The notes under the pieces were generated by a model, which saw only the letters and a list, made by a program, of their open reading frames with translations, had not been told where the DNA came from and made no database searches. A stretch of DNA of 64,000 nucleotides, taken from contig DBQS01000014.1 in the NCBI GenBank assembly GCA_002305355.1, positions 4,720 to 68,719 on the forward strand. The letters run 5' to 3'. Origin of the DNA: Patescibacteria group bacterium UBA1388 (GTDB lineage: Bacteria; Patescibacteriota; Microgenomatia; UBA1400; PJMF01). Position 1 is the first letter of the stretch. Each line of letters opens with the position of its first letter. The translations under genes and the position numbers were made by a program. This document shows positions 54,122 to 64,000 of this stretch, in pieces.

Positions 54122-54904
54122 ATGCAAATAATTGAGGCTGTGGTCTTGGGTTTAGTGCAAGGCTCAACAGAATTCTTGCCAGTGTCTAGCTCTGGTCACT
54201 TGGTGCTGATGCAGCATCTATTTGGCTTTTCTGAATCGATGCTGGTCTTTGACGTTTTTTTACATCTTGCAACTTTATTGGCTGTGATTGTGTTCTTTTG
54301 GCAAGATATTTTAAAGCTTAACCGGCGGGATATAAAAATGTTAGCCATTGGTACTCTGCCTGCTATTGGTGTTGGTTTATTATTGACCAATCTAATGGCT
54401 GAACTATTCCAATTACCAATCTTAGTTGGGTGCGCACTATTAGGAACGGGTGTCATCAACCTGCGGAGTCATCAGCAGCTGAAGGCAAACATCAATCGTC
54501 AGCCATCTATAACTAATTCCCCGACGAACAACATGATTGCTTTCAAAATAGGTCTGTGGCAAGCAGCTGCCATTTTACCCGGAATTTCACGCTCAGGATC
54601 AACGGTTTATGCGGGTTTGAAGATGGGGTTGGATCGTCAAGCTGCTTTTCGGTTTTCATTCTTATTATCTATTCCAGCAATTATCGCTGCTAACGTTCAT
54701 CAAAGTTGGCAAACTTATCAGTCAGCCACCATCAGCGTGCAGTGGTTACCGACGATGCTGGCGATGGCAGTTGCATTCATTACAGGTTTGCTCTGTTTGC
54801 GACTCCTCCAATACTTAATTCAAGCCGCCAAATTCAAAATTTTCAGTTGGTATTGTTTTGCGTTGGGTGGCTTGGTGATCGCAATTTCTATGGTCAGCTG
54901 GTGA
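54122..54904 (+). CDS. uppP: Undecaprenyl-diphosphate phosphatase
   Basis: 'GLVQGSTEFLPVSSSGHL' and 'PGISRSGSTVYAG' are the BacA/UppP signature motifs. Confidence 0.85.
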   Translation: MQIIEAVVLGLVQGSTEFLPVSSSGHLVLMQHLFGFSESMLVFDVFLHLATLLAVIVFFWQDILKLNRRDIKMLAIGTLPAIGVGLLLTNLMAELFQLPILVGCALLGTGVINLRSHQQLKANINRQPSITNSPTNNMIAFKIGLWQAAAILPGISRSGSTVYAGLKMGLDRQAAFRFSFLLSIPAIIAANVHQSWQTYQSATISVQWLPTMLAMAVAFITGLLCLRLLQYLIQAAKFKIFSWYCFALGGLVIAISMVSW

Positions 54905-54997
54905 CTATTAGTTTCGTTTTAACTTTGGGTAAATTTTTGGTGATATTAAAGCAACAAAAAATTATACATTATCCATAATATAGCTTTATAAATAAAG

Positions 54998-55840
54998 CTA
55001 TATTGATTTGCCTAAATGAAGAACAACTACACAACTGAACCCATCTTTATCCCGAACTGAAATACAATCAACGGCTGCCCCCATATCATCATAATCTTTG
55101 TGCAACATTTGGGCATTATGTTCAGGGCTGTGCAACCACCCTTCAAAAGTTTTCCAAGCTGAATTATGGTTGAAAGCTAGGTTCTCACCAGCAAGTTGGT
55201 ATTGATAGCCGGCATCCTTTAAAAATTGCCAGGTTGGTAAACCTGCCTTGTTTTGATGTTGCCAATAATTATCTTTGATCATGTCGTTTAGTTTAGCGCG
55301 TGCACTACGTTCTAAAGCAAGACTAACGCTTAATTGGCTGAGCCGGTTTTCTTGGCGGTGAGTGTTGATCAGGCGGTAAAGTTGGTTAAGCTGGTAGTCT
55401 GGAGGAGAATTTAATGGCAGATCGGTTATCTCCCCGGCTGAGGTGTGGGCGCCCAAGACGGAAGTGGGCGGCGCTTTCTGCTGATCGTTGGTTGGTAATT
55501 CGGAAAGGGATACAGTCGAACCGAGAGTGGTGTGAGCAGTATCGTTGATAGGCGGCGGAATATTTTCTGGTGAAGTGTCGGCAGACTGATCGTTAAGTTC
55601 GGTCGGTGGTTGAGCATCGCGCGACTCAGGTTCGGTGACCGAAATTGAGCTCGTTCTTGATGGCATGTCATTTGGCAACTGTCTTCGCAGCGGTATAGAT
55701 AATAGACTTAGTTGTTGATTGACTGTGTGCCAAGTATCAACGAGTGGGTTTGGCTTAATCAATAGATACAAGCCGCCGACAGCGATGATGAGTGTCGCAG
55801 CAAAACTGATGAAGAGACCGTAAACCATCTTGATTTCCAT
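54998..55840 (-). CDS. CAP-domain (SCP/PR-1, YkwD-like) protein with N-terminal TM anchor and Pro/Ser-rich linker
   Basis: The C-terminus '…GENLAFNHNSAWKTFEGWLHSPEHNAQMLHKDYDDMGAAV…' matches the CAP domain (GENLA…W..SxxHxxNxL). Confidence 0.6.
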   Translation of the reverse strand: MEIKMVYGLFISFAATLIIAVGGLYLLIKPNPLVDTWHTVNQQLSLLSIPLRRQLPNDMPSRTSSISVTEPESRDAQPPTELNDQSADTSPENIPPPINDTAHTTLGSTVSLSELPTNDQQKAPPTSVLGAHTSAGEITDLPLNSPPDYQLNQLYRLINTHRQENRLSQLSVSLALERSARAKLNDMIKDNYWQHQNKAGLPTWQFLKDAGYQYQLAGENLAFNHNSAWKTFEGWLHSPEHNAQMLHKDYDDMGAAVDCISVRDKDGFSCVVVLHLGKSI

Positions 55841-55933
55841 AAGTTTAGTGTAGCACCAAACCAGTGATGTGTTTAAGTTTAGACGATCTGTTCAAGCAGC
55901 TGCCTGGAGTGTTTATGGTAATTTAAACAAAGT

Positions 55934-57457
55934 TCAAATCACGATTTCCTTTGGACGATATTGCAGTGCCTCAGAGAGATGGGCGTCACCAATGATTTCT
56001 TGACCTTCTAGATCGGCGATCGTGCGTGCCACTTTTAAAACTTTAAAGAAACTGCGGGTGGTGAGTTGAAAACGACGCTGTGCTTGGTAAAGGGTTTGTT
56101 CGGCCTGAGCGTCACAAATGCAGTGTTGCTTAATAAATGCGGGTGACATTTCAGCGTTGTAAAAAATGGGTAGATTAGCAAATCTTTGTTGTTGCAACTG
56201 GTGAGCGGCCAAGACTGAGTTGCGAATGTTGGAGGTGGAATAAAGTGTGCAGTTGGTACTTTCTTGATTTAACTTGATATTTTGAGTCTGTACCCAAAAA
56301 TGCAGATCAATCCGATCAATCACTGGACCAGAAATTTTTTGGGAGTACAACTTTCTTTTTCCAGGACTACACGAGCAAGGTTTAAGTTTGCTATGCCAAT
56401 AACCGCAAGGGCAAGGGTTGGAAGCTGCTACCAGACTAAAACGTGCTGGATACTCAACTGTACCTTTCGCCCGGGTGATGTGAACATATCCATCTTCCAT
56501 TGGTTGACGAAGGGCTTCGATGGTTGCTCTCGCAAATTCGGGAAATTCGTCTAGAAATAAAATGCCCCGATGGGCAAGCGAAATTTCCCCAGGACTCATG
56601 TCTGATCCGCCTCCAATCATACCAGCAGTGGAAACTGTATGATGAGGAGAGCGAAATGGTCTAGTTGTGATCAGACCGGTGCAAGTTGCAATTCCGGCAA
56701 TCGAATGAATGCTGGTGGTCTCAATTGCTTCCTCCTCTGTGAGCGGCGGCAGGATAGAGCAAAGCGCCTTGGCGAGGAGCGTTTTCCCCGCCCCCGGTGG
56801 TCCAATCATATGGAGGTTGTGTCCCCCTGCCGCCGCAATTTGGAGAGCTCTTTTGGCTTTAAATTGACCGGTAATATCTTCTAAAAGTACTTCAGGGTTG
56901 GATTGATCAGTCAGGGTGAATTTAGTGGAATGTTGAGGGGTAAGTAAGCGCAGTTTTTGCGCATATTGAATGTAGTCAGAAAGATGCCTGATGGGAAAAA
57001 TCTTGATTCCTGTTAAAATTGCGACTTCTGCTTGATTTGCCTCAGGAATAACTACATTTAGATAACCCATTTTTTTGGCCGCCATTACCAGTGGTAAGAT
57101 TCCTGCTACAGGTTTCAGCACACCGTCTAGTGAGAGTTCGCCAAAAAACATAGTTTGATCGGTGTCAATTGAAATTTCACCAAACATTTTTAGAAGCCCC
57201 ACGGCAATCGCGAGTTCGAACGCAGTCCCGGTTTTTTGCAAATCAGCAGGAGCTAAATTGACAATTGTGCGTTTTGCTTTGATTCTAATTCCACAATTTT
57301 GTAATGCTGCTGTTACGCGCTCTTTGGCTTCATCAACTGCTTTGGCGGCTAAGCCAATTAAAATAAAATTTGGTGTACCAGTCACACCATCTACCTCCAC
57401 CTCAATCTTGACAGGATTTAATCCTTCCATGGTGGCGGTAAAGACACGTGCGAGCAT
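55934..57457 (-). CDS. comM: Mg-chelatase-like AAA+ ATPase YifB/ComM
   Basis: It has an N-terminal Lon-like domain, the Walker A 'IGPPGAGKTLLAKAL', and 'FLDEFPEF'. The family architecture is conserved. Confidence 0.85.
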   Translation of the reverse strand: MLARVFTATMEGLNPVKIEVEVDGVTGTPNFILIGLAAKAVDEAKERVTAALQNCGIRIKAKRTIVNLAPADLQKTGTAFELAIAVGLLKMFGEISIDTDQTMFFGELSLDGVLKPVAGILPLVMAAKKMGYLNVVIPEANQAEVAILTGIKIFPIRHLSDYIQYAQKLRLLTPQHSTKFTLTDQSNPEVLLEDITGQFKAKRALQIAAAGGHNLHMIGPPGAGKTLLAKALCSILPPLTEEEAIETTSIHSIAGIATCTGLITTRPFRSPHHTVSTAGMIGGGSDMSPGEISLAHRGILFLDEFPEFARATIEALRQPMEDGYVHITRAKGTVEYPARFSLVAASNPCPCGYWHSKLKPCSCSPGKRKLYSQKISGPVIDRIDLHFWVQTQNIKLNQESTNCTLYSTSNIRNSVLAAHQLQQQRFANLPIFYNAEMSPAFIKQHCICDAQAEQTLYQAQRRFQLTTRSFFKVLKVARTIADLEGQEIIGDAHLSEALQYRPKEIVI

Positions 57458-57508
57458 GATCGCAGTTTAACACTAGAAGCTTGATCAAAGTGTAGCGCGT
57501 TGAAAATG

Positions 57509-57859
57509 TCAAGATCGCTGGCGAATTCTTTCGACAATATGAGTGAACCTTGCATGACTGTAAAGTGATGCACCAGCAAACCCTAGCAAGGTAACAGCAA
57601 TTTCTTGGTCGGATAGACCCATTTGTCTAAGTTCAATCACATATCTTCCTAGACTTGTTGGAATATGTTGGGTTTCCATTACAGCTCTATTAATTTCTTC
57701 CTGATCGCCGAAGAAAATTCCTAAACCATTGAGGGCAAGTACGATAAAAATGAGACCTGAGATGGCTCGCATCGATTGGAGAACAACTACTTCCACTCTG
57801 TGATGTGGATCAGGTGGAACTGAATCTTTTCTAGGAAGCTCAGGCGGTTCAAACATCAC
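57509..57859 (-). CDS. Hypothetical small membrane protein (116 aa)
   Basis: It has one or two TM helices (LIFIVLALNGLGIFF). Confidence 0.35.
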   Translation of the reverse strand: MMFEPPELPRKDSVPPDPHHRVEVVVLQSMRAISGLIFIVLALNGLGIFFGDQEEINRAVMETQHIPTSLGRYVIELRQMGLSDQEIAVTLLGFAGASLYSHARFTHIVERIRQRS

Positions 57860-57969
57860 CTAATTATATCACAAGGCAACATAATCATTGCTCCATCTAT
57901 GATGAAATAGATCAATTTTAATTAGGAACCCTAAACAAGATAAGAAGTCTCCTAATCCGAATGACAAAT

Positions 57970-59010
57970 TTAAACTAGTCCCACTTGCTCTACCAAGCGA
58001 TTACAGTAACCAAACTCATTATCATACCAGCTAATAATTTTGACCAAGTTTCCGCCAATCACGTTGGTAAGCGCCAAATCCACAATTGATGACTCTCGTC
58101 GTCCTACGATGTCTGCAGAAACAATAGGCTCATCAGTTACTGCCAGGATGCCTTGCCACTCTGGTTTCAAAGCTGCTTCACGCAGAATTTGGTTGACTTC
58201 ATCAGTAGAAGTATCCCGCTTGGTAACAAAGACCATATCGGCTAATGACCCAACACTTGAGGGTACTCTAATCGCCAAGCCATCGAATTTACCATTGAGT
58301 TCTGTTAAAATTTGCGTGGTAGTCTTGGCTGCACCGGTGGTGGTAGGAATAATATTTTCAGCTGCACTCCGAGCCCGGCGCAAATCTTTATGAGAATTAT
58401 CTTGAATGTTTTGATCGTCGGTATAAGAATGGATGGTAGTCATCAAAGCTTTTTCCACGCCTATTGTTTGATTAATGATCGCCACAATTGGCGTAATGCA
58501 GTTGGTAGTACAGGATGCATTGGAAATGATTTGCTCATCAGAACTTAGTTGGTTGACGCCAATCACACCAGTGCTGATGCCCTCCCCTTTAGCTGGTGCT
58601 GACAAAATAACTTTCTGTGCTCCGCTTTGCAAGTGCAAACTAGCCTTTTCTTTAGTGAGAAAGACGCCTGTCGAATCAATCACCACTTCCACCCCATTTT
58701 GTCTCCAAGGTATTTTAGCTGGGTCACGTTGGGCTGTGACAACAATTTCGCGGTCGCCAATCCTGATTGATCCCAGCACGGGATTTTCATCAGTCACGTC
58801 TTTAGTACTTTGAAAACGATTAACCGCAATTGGTTCAGCAAAGATGCCGTAATTGGTGTCATACTTGACTAAATGCACCCAATCTTCAATTTCCATTGAG
58901 CCTGAGGTATTAATCACTTTTAGATCAATTTGGTTACGTTGATAGAGCCACCACACCCTGAAACTAGTGCGACCAATTCTGCCAAAACCATTAATACCAA
59001 ATGTTCTCAT
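57970..59010 (-). CDS. gap: Glyceraldehyde-3-phosphate dehydrogenase
   Basis: It has 'INGFGRIGR' and the active-site 'ASCTTNC'. Confidence 0.9.
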   Translation of the reverse strand: MRTFGINGFGRIGRTSFRVWWLYQRNQIDLKVINTSGSMEIEDWVHLVKYDTNYGIFAEPIAVNRFQSTKDVTDENPVLGSIRIGDREIVVTAQRDPAKIPWRQNGVEVVIDSTGVFLTKEKASLHLQSGAQKVILSAPAKGEGISTGVIGVNQLSSDEQIISNASCTTNCITPIVAIINQTIGVEKALMTTIHSYTDDQNIQDNSHKDLRRARSAAENIIPTTTGAAKTTTQILTELNGKFDGLAIRVPSSVGSLADMVFVTKRDTSTDEVNQILREAALKPEWQGILAVTDEPIVSADIVGRRESSIVDLALTNVIGGNLVKIISWYDNEFGYCNRLVEQVGLV

Positions 59011-59152
59011 ATGCGCTCCTCTTACATTTTATCGTAAATACAAGTTTGAATACAAATTATTTTTTTAAAATTGGCCGGCTTTTTGGTTAGCATCCAGCTG
59101 ATCACTTTCAGTGAGCACTCCGTTTCAGTTAGACATGCATTTTTACATTGAC

Positions 59153-59896
59153 TTATTCAGCAAATTCAGTTTGGGTATCATTGCTGACGTAAGTACCGAT
59201 ACTTTCGCCTTTAACTGCTTTCACCAGATTATCACCTTTAAATAATTCAAAAACCATAACAGGCATGTTATTTTCTTGACACATCGCGAGTGCAGCTGTG
59301 TCCATCACTTCTACTTCATCCATCGCAATGGCGTCATGGAAAGTGATTGTTTTAAAACGTCGGGCATCAGGTTGTTTTTGAGGATCTTTATCATAAATGC
59401 CATCCACTTTGGTTGCTTTCATCAGCACATCAGCGTGTAATTCCAAGGCATGTAAAGAGGCGCCAGTGTCGGTGGTGACAAACGGCACACCTGTGCCGGC
59501 GGCCAGAATAACCACTCGCCCTTTTTGCATATGCCGGAGCGCCCGTCTCCGGATAAAACTTTCTGCCACCGCCGGCATCAACAACGCTGACTGTACTCTG
59601 GTTGGCACACCAGTTTTTTCAAGCGCGTCTTGCAGTGCTAAGGCATTCATTACTGTTGCCAGCATACCCATATAATCGGCTGTTGCCCGGTCAATGCCAT
59701 TTTTAGAACCGGAAATACCCCGGAAAATATTTCCTCCACCCATGACTAATGCAATTTCCACGTTCTCAACATAGATGGCTTTGATTTGTGCTGCAACTTT
59801 CATTGCTGCTTTGGGATCAATACCATAGGGTCGGTCACCTATTAAAGATTCGCCACCTACCTTCAGTAGTACACGATTAAATCTAGTCGAAGCCAT
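59153..59896 (-). CDS. pyrH: UMP kinase
   Basis: It has 'VLLKVGGESL' and 'MGGGNIFRG' of the amino-acid-kinase fold. Confidence 0.9.
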   Translation of the reverse strand: MASTRFNRVLLKVGGESLIGDRPYGIDPKAAMKVAAQIKAIYVENVEIALVMGGGNIFRGISGSKNGIDRATADYMGMLATVMNALALQDALEKTGVPTRVQSALLMPAVAESFIRRRALRHMQKGRVVILAAGTGVPFVTTDTGASLHALELHADVLMKATKVDGIYDKDPQKQPDARRFKTITFHDAIAMDEVEVMDTAALAMCQENNMPVMVFELFKGDNLVKAVKGESIGTYVSNDTQTEFAE

Positions 59897-59925
59897 GGTG
59901 TCCTTTCATAATTTATGACCAGTTT

Positions 59926-60957
59926 CTAAATGCCTATTTTTGCGCGCAAGCGAAGAATTGTCCAACGCACATTTTCTGCCACTCGATATATTTTATACAT
60001 TTGCTCATTTAGTACTAAGTCATAGGTGCCGATAAATTCTGTCAACGTACCGCCATAACCTTCTTTAAACTTATGAAATCCATACCAAGGGTCATTCTTG
60101 TCTGGTTTTGGGCCAAGTGAGCCCCACATATCAAAAGTGTGACAACCCAATTTTTTGGCGTAGATAATCATTTCCCACATCATCAAATTGCTTGCCATTA
60201 CATCCCGATGAGCGGTTCGAGAGGCACCGTAGGGGTAATAAAAGATGTCGTGAAAATGGAAGACAATCCACGACACGATAATCTTATCTTGATAAACCGC
60301 ATGGAAAATATGCAACATATTAGTTGTGCCAAGAGTATTCCAGAGTGTTTTAAAATATTCTGGACTATGAGCGTAAAATCCTTGGCGATTAGTTGTTTCT
60401 TGAAGAATATCGATGTATTCATCCATGCCCTCTTGCGAAGTTTTTTCAAAAATTTGTACACCTTTTTTGGCTGCCAATCTGACGTTATATCTGGTTTTAC
60501 TTTTCAGCTGTGCGAAAATTTTTTCTTCACTTTGCTGTAAATTAAGTTGGAAAGTGTATTTAGTAAAAAGTGGTCTTCCCGGTACACAACCGTGATCCAC
60601 AAGAAATCTTTTAATTGCATCATGGGCGCTTGGAGCACCTGCTTCTTGAGCAATATTAGGTTCAAGTTTGACAAATAAAGCATTGTGTTTTTCGCCAAGT
60701 TGGCGAAGCACATCCAGTTGTTCTTCGTCAGGCATTGGGCCTTTGGGTAGGTAGCCAATAGTCTGATTAAAATGGGGAATTTTATGAAAAGTAACTTGAA
60801 AAGCTTGAGTGAGTTTTTGCCCTTCAAAAAAGCCAATTCTTTCTACCTTGACACCAGTTTGTTTTCTAAACTCCCCCCAAGCCCAAGTTTGCAACGGGTG
60901 TTGGACAACTTGGTCGTAAAGTGATTTTTCTTCTTCTCTAATGGCTCGGATGATCAT
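59926..60957 (-). CDS. FemAB-family peptidoglycan bridge aminoacyltransferase
   Basis: It is Trp-rich and has a GNAT-like duplicated fold, 'FHKFKEGYGG', and the typical FemX/FemAB length of about 340 aa. Confidence 0.65.
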   Translation of the reverse strand: MIIRAIREEEKSLYDQVVQHPLQTWAWGEFRKQTGVKVERIGFFEGQKLTQAFQVTFHKIPHFNQTIGYLPKGPMPDEEQLDVLRQLGEKHNALFVKLEPNIAQEAGAPSAHDAIKRFLVDHGCVPGRPLFTKYTFQLNLQQSEEKIFAQLKSKTRYNVRLAAKKGVQIFEKTSQEGMDEYIDILQETTNRQGFYAHSPEYFKTLWNTLGTTNMLHIFHAVYQDKIIVSWIVFHFHDIFYYPYGASRTAHRDVMASNLMMWEMIIYAKKLGCHTFDMWGSLGPKPDKNDPWYGFHKFKEGYGGTLTEFIGTYDLVLNEQMYKIYRVAENVRWTILRLRAKIGI

Positions 60958-60978
60958 ATTAATTCATTATACAGAAAT

Positions 60979-62901
60979 TTATCGATCCATAAACACTTCT
61001 AAATCAATTTCTCCACTCAGAACATCATCTAAAAATTCATCATCCATGACAAGTCTTCTCACTTCAGATTGGGGTTTGGAGTTTTGGTCGAGGTTTGCTG
61101 ACTCAGAATCATAGTGCAATAACTCACCCGAAATATCATGCAGAAATCGACTTGGAACAGAGCTGGTATGGCTGCCATATTGATAACGAGTCCGAGCATA
61201 AGAAAAAAATAAAAGTTGTTTTGCTCTGGTGATGCCAACATAGCAAAGGCGTCTTTCTTCTTCAATGTCATCTTGATTGAGCATTGAATGACTGTGTGGG
61301 AGTAAGCCGTCTTCCATACCGACCATAAAAACAATGCTAAATTCCAAACCTTTGGCAGAATGCAAACTCATCAACTGGACTGCATTGTCGTTGCCGCCGA
61401 TTGGATTATTAATATCCACGTAATAATTATCTTGCAGCAAAGCCACGTTTTCTAAAAATTGCGTGACTTTTTCAAATTGACCGGCCATCGCTTCCAGTTC
61501 AACTAGGTTTTCAAGGCGTTGGCGTTCTTCCTCGACTTGCTCAGAATAGAGTGCCCGATAATCGGTTAAATCGAGTGCTTTTTTAAGCAATTGTTGAGGA
61601 TTCGCCAATGTCCAGTCTTGATTGCCATTTTCATCGCGCCACTTTTCTAGTTTGGCCAAACGTCTTTTTCCAAGCTTGGTTGCTCGGGCGTAGCTAACTG
61701 TATCTGTGGGATTGACGATTATTCTGATATACGCCAACGCATCTTTAATTTCTTTGCGCTCATAAAATTTAGTTCCTCCAACCAAACGGTATGGGATACC
61801 TTGTCTGATCAATGCTTCTTCAAATAGTCTCGACTGAGCATTAGTGCGATACAAAATCGCCATTTCTTTGAGAGGCACGGAACCTTTTTGAGATTTAATA
61901 AAGTTAACTACTTTAGCTGCTTCCAATTCTCCGGTTTGATTATCTAAGCAAATGATTTGATTTGCGGCTTCAATATTTGTCCAAAGCTTTAAAATAGGAT
62001 GGGTGGTATTATGTGATATGATTTGGGTGGCAGCATCTAAGATTGTTTGGGTGGAGCGGTAGTTTTGTTCGAGTCGATATTCTTTGATTTTTGGATAATC
62101 GGTTTTAAGTTGTAACATATTACGATAATCAGCACCTCTCCAAGCGTAGATGCTTTGGCTAAAATCACCTACTACGTAAAGATTATTTTGGGGCATCGAT
62201 AAAATTTGACTGAGTTGATATTGAGCTTTATTGGTGTCTTGGTATTCGTCCACTAAAACGTGTTCAAATTGCTGCTGATACTTGGCCGTTACCTCGGGTT
62301 TGGTACGGAGAAGTTGTACAGTTTTGTTTAACAAATCATCAAAATCAACTGCTTGTGCTTGGGTGAGAGCTCGTTGATACAACCAATACACTTTCGCGAC
62401 AAAATTTTGATACTCGCCAAGTGTAAGTTCTTGATATTCATTGGGCATTAACAAATCATTTTTGGCTGCAGAAATACTATTTTTCACTTGTGATGGTTTA
62501 AATTTTTTGAGGTCAAACTGATGGTCTTTGTAAATTTGCTTGATTAAGCTGAGTTGGTCATCGCTATCATAGATGACATAATTTTGGTCAAGTCCAATTT
62601 GAAAACCATCGCGTCGGAGGATTTTAGCGCACAAACTATGAAAAGTGCCCGCAAATGGCACCGCCGAACCAGCAAGCATCTCAATTCGTTCCTTCATCTC
62701 CCCGGCTGCTTTATTGGTAAAAGTAACTAGTAAAATGCTGCTTGGATCAACTTTTTTTTCTAAAATTAAATAAGCGGCGCGGTGGGTCAAAACTGTTGTT
62801 TTTCCAGAACCAGCCCCGGCCAAAACTAAAGCCGGTCCTGAATTATGCAAGACTGCTTTTTTTTGAGCTGGATTGAGTTTTTTCAAGAGATTGGTCATCA
62901 A
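60979..62901 (-). CDS. pcrA: ATP-dependent DNA helicase PcrA/UvrD
   Basis: It has 'LNPAQKKAV', the Walker A 'AGAGSGKTTVLTHR', 'VDEYQDTN', and C-terminal UvrD motifs. Confidence 0.85.
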   Translation of the reverse strand: MMTNLLKKLNPAQKKAVLHNSGPALVLAGAGSGKTTVLTHRAAYLILEKKVDPSSILLVTFTNKAAGEMKERIEMLAGSAVPFAGTFHSLCAKILRRDGFQIGLDQNYVIYDSDDQLSLIKQIYKDHQFDLKKFKPSQVKNSISAAKNDLLMPNEYQELTLGEYQNFVAKVYWLYQRALTQAQAVDFDDLLNKTVQLLRTKPEVTAKYQQQFEHVLVDEYQDTNKAQYQLSQILSMPQNNLYVVGDFSQSIYAWRGADYRNMLQLKTDYPKIKEYRLEQNYRSTQTILDAATQIISHNTTHPILKLWTNIEAANQIICLDNQTGELEAAKVVNFIKSQKGSVPLKEMAILYRTNAQSRLFEEALIRQGIPYRLVGGTKFYERKEIKDALAYIRIIVNPTDTVSYARATKLGKRRLAKLEKWRDENGNQDWTLANPQQLLKKALDLTDYRALYSEQVEEERQRLENLVELEAMAGQFEKVTQFLENVALLQDNYYVDINNPIGGNDNAVQLMSLHSAKGLEFSIVFMVGMEDGLLPHSHSMLNQDDIEEERRLCYVGITRAKQLLFFSYARTRYQYGSHTSSVPSRFLHDISGELLHYDSESANLDQNSKPQSEVRRLVMDDEFLDDVLSGEIDLEVFMDR

Positions 62902-63003
62902 GCGTTCATCCTAGCACGTGAGCGAGCAGACGTCAGTAGGCGTTCTAGATCGAGCGGTATTTAAGATTCATTGTGATCATAAACACGAGGCGACTCTTTA
63001 CGA

Positions 63004-63720
63004 ATGATGCTTTCTAGGTATAGTGAAGTTATGAAAGAAAAATTAATTATCGCCAACTGGAAATCTCACAAGTTGGAAGTGGAGGTGAGTAAGTGGATGA
63101 CGGAGTTCAAACAGCAATTTCAGTCATCAGAATTGTTGGAATTTGTGCAACTGGTGGTTGCCCCGGCTTTGCCGCACTTGCATCAAGTCAAATTAGAATT
63201 ACCAGATGGAGTAGCGCTTGGTGCTCAAGCCGTCAGCCCTTTTCCCATGGGTAGTTACACTGGTGCGGTGAACGCGCAACAACTTAAAGATTTCGGAGTG
63301 CAATACGTGATCGTGGGACATTCCGAGCGCAGACGCTACTTTCATGAAAATCATCAAGACGTGGCTAAACAGGTTCAGGAAGTTTTGGCACAACAAATCA
63401 AACCGGTTTTGTGTTTAGACAAAGATTATATTGATGAGCAAGCAGCGACGCTCGACTCATCTACTCTTAAGGATTGTGTGATTGCCTACGAACCTTTGGC
63501 AGCGATTGGTACTGGCAACAACGAGCCTGTTGGCGAGGTTAAGCAAGTAGTTGAGCAAATTCGCGATGTATATGGTCAGGTGCCTGTCATTTATGGTGGC
63601 AGCGTTGATCAATCAAACATCGGAGAGTATATGTTGATTAGCGATGGCGCTTTGGTCGGCGGCGCATCACTCGATGTGGCACAGTTCAGCCAATTAATAG
63701 AAAAAAGTTTGGTTAAATAA
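63004..63720 (+). CDS. tpiA: Triosephosphate isomerase
   Basis: It has 'IIANWKSHK', 'VVGHSERR' and 'YEPLAAIGTG'. Confidence 0.9.
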   Translation: MMLSRYSEVMKEKLIIANWKSHKLEVEVSKWMTEFKQQFQSSELLEFVQLVVAPALPHLHQVKLELPDGVALGAQAVSPFPMGSYTGAVNAQQLKDFGVQYVIVGHSERRRYFHENHQDVAKQVQEVLAQQIKPVLCLDKDYIDEQAATLDSSTLKDCVIAYEPLAAIGTGNNEPVGEVKQVVEQIRDVYGQVPVIYGGSVDQSNIGEYMLISDGALVGGASLDVAQFSQLIEKSLVK

Positions 63721-64000
63721 TCTATATATTTACTTCACTAAGAATGCAATCATCGGCACTTTTCTGACTACCTAGACTGCCTCTTAATTATTGAAGATTA
63801 AGTACTTTTGAAAGAAGATGGGTCGCTTGTGACGGATTATTCAGAGATAATGAAAAATCTTTCTAAGAAGCTTCGAACAGCGGTCAGTGCTAAATCACAG
63901 GTTATCAGATTTGAGTTTGATATAGGTTCTCTTCCTCTGATAATACTTCTTTTGTGAAATTATCATCAAAAAACTTTTGATTTACATTATACTGTGATTT

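Overview
This 64 kb window looks like a small, low-GC, reduced bacterial genome. Several features together suggest a Patescibacteria/CPR (Saccharibacteria-like) lineage, but this is inference only. These are a monoderm-style type IV pilus system (no secretin in the window), an ACP homolog that has lost its active serine, giant Cys-rich secreted proteins, a trigger factor without a PPIase domain, and a MiaB without a TRAM domain.

The left end (1–4.2 kb) is a mobile-element scar. It holds a helicase C-terminal fragment, a start-less coding remnant, a degraded IS3-family element (orfA intact, orfB split by extra stops), a tRNA/tmRNA-like 3' fragment with its own terminator, and a BrnT/BrnA toxin–antitoxin pair. 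These are interleaved with a prepilin peptidase gene (pilD).

The type IV pilus locus is split into two blocks. The first (4.2–8.9 kb) is a PKD-like membrane protein plus seven pilin or pseudopilin genes. The second (23.5–27 kb) is a PilX-like gene followed by pilM-pilN-pilO.

Between the two blocks lies a roughly 12.7 kb minus-strand operon (8354–21110). It encodes two paralogous giant Cys-rich secreted proteins (1076 and 1410 aa) that share a C-terminal module of about 300 aa. It also encodes a single-pass beta-propeller-like protein with a His-rich N-terminal region, a small membrane protein, an 815-aa bacterial-SH3 membrane protein and a terminal pilin-like gene. This is the strongest candidate for a novel pilus-associated surface or attachment system.

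Divergently transcribed from that operon (21333–23384) is a second candidate novel module. It consists of a SAM-dependent methyltransferase and two tandem paralogs, each fusing a DNPH1/Rcl-type fold (2'-deoxynucleoside 5'-phosphate N-hydrolase, nucleoside 2-deoxyribosyltransferase superfamily) to a C-terminal ribbon-helix-helix DNA-binding domain.

The remainder (27–64 kb) is housekeeping. Identified genes are rpsP, rnc, an ACP-like gene, nusB, rpmF, recG, tyrS, a class A PBP, pheT/pheS, rplT-rpmI-infC, tRNA-Val, tRNA-Cys, tig, miaB-like, miaA, rnpB, uppP, comM, gap, pyrH, a FemAB-family gene, pcrA/uvrD and tpiA. The housekeeping oddities (ACP without Ser, pheS/pheT split by two small membrane proteins, S16 extension, PPIase-less trigger factor, TRAM-less MiaB) are listed as separate findings. 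No CRISPR array was seen.
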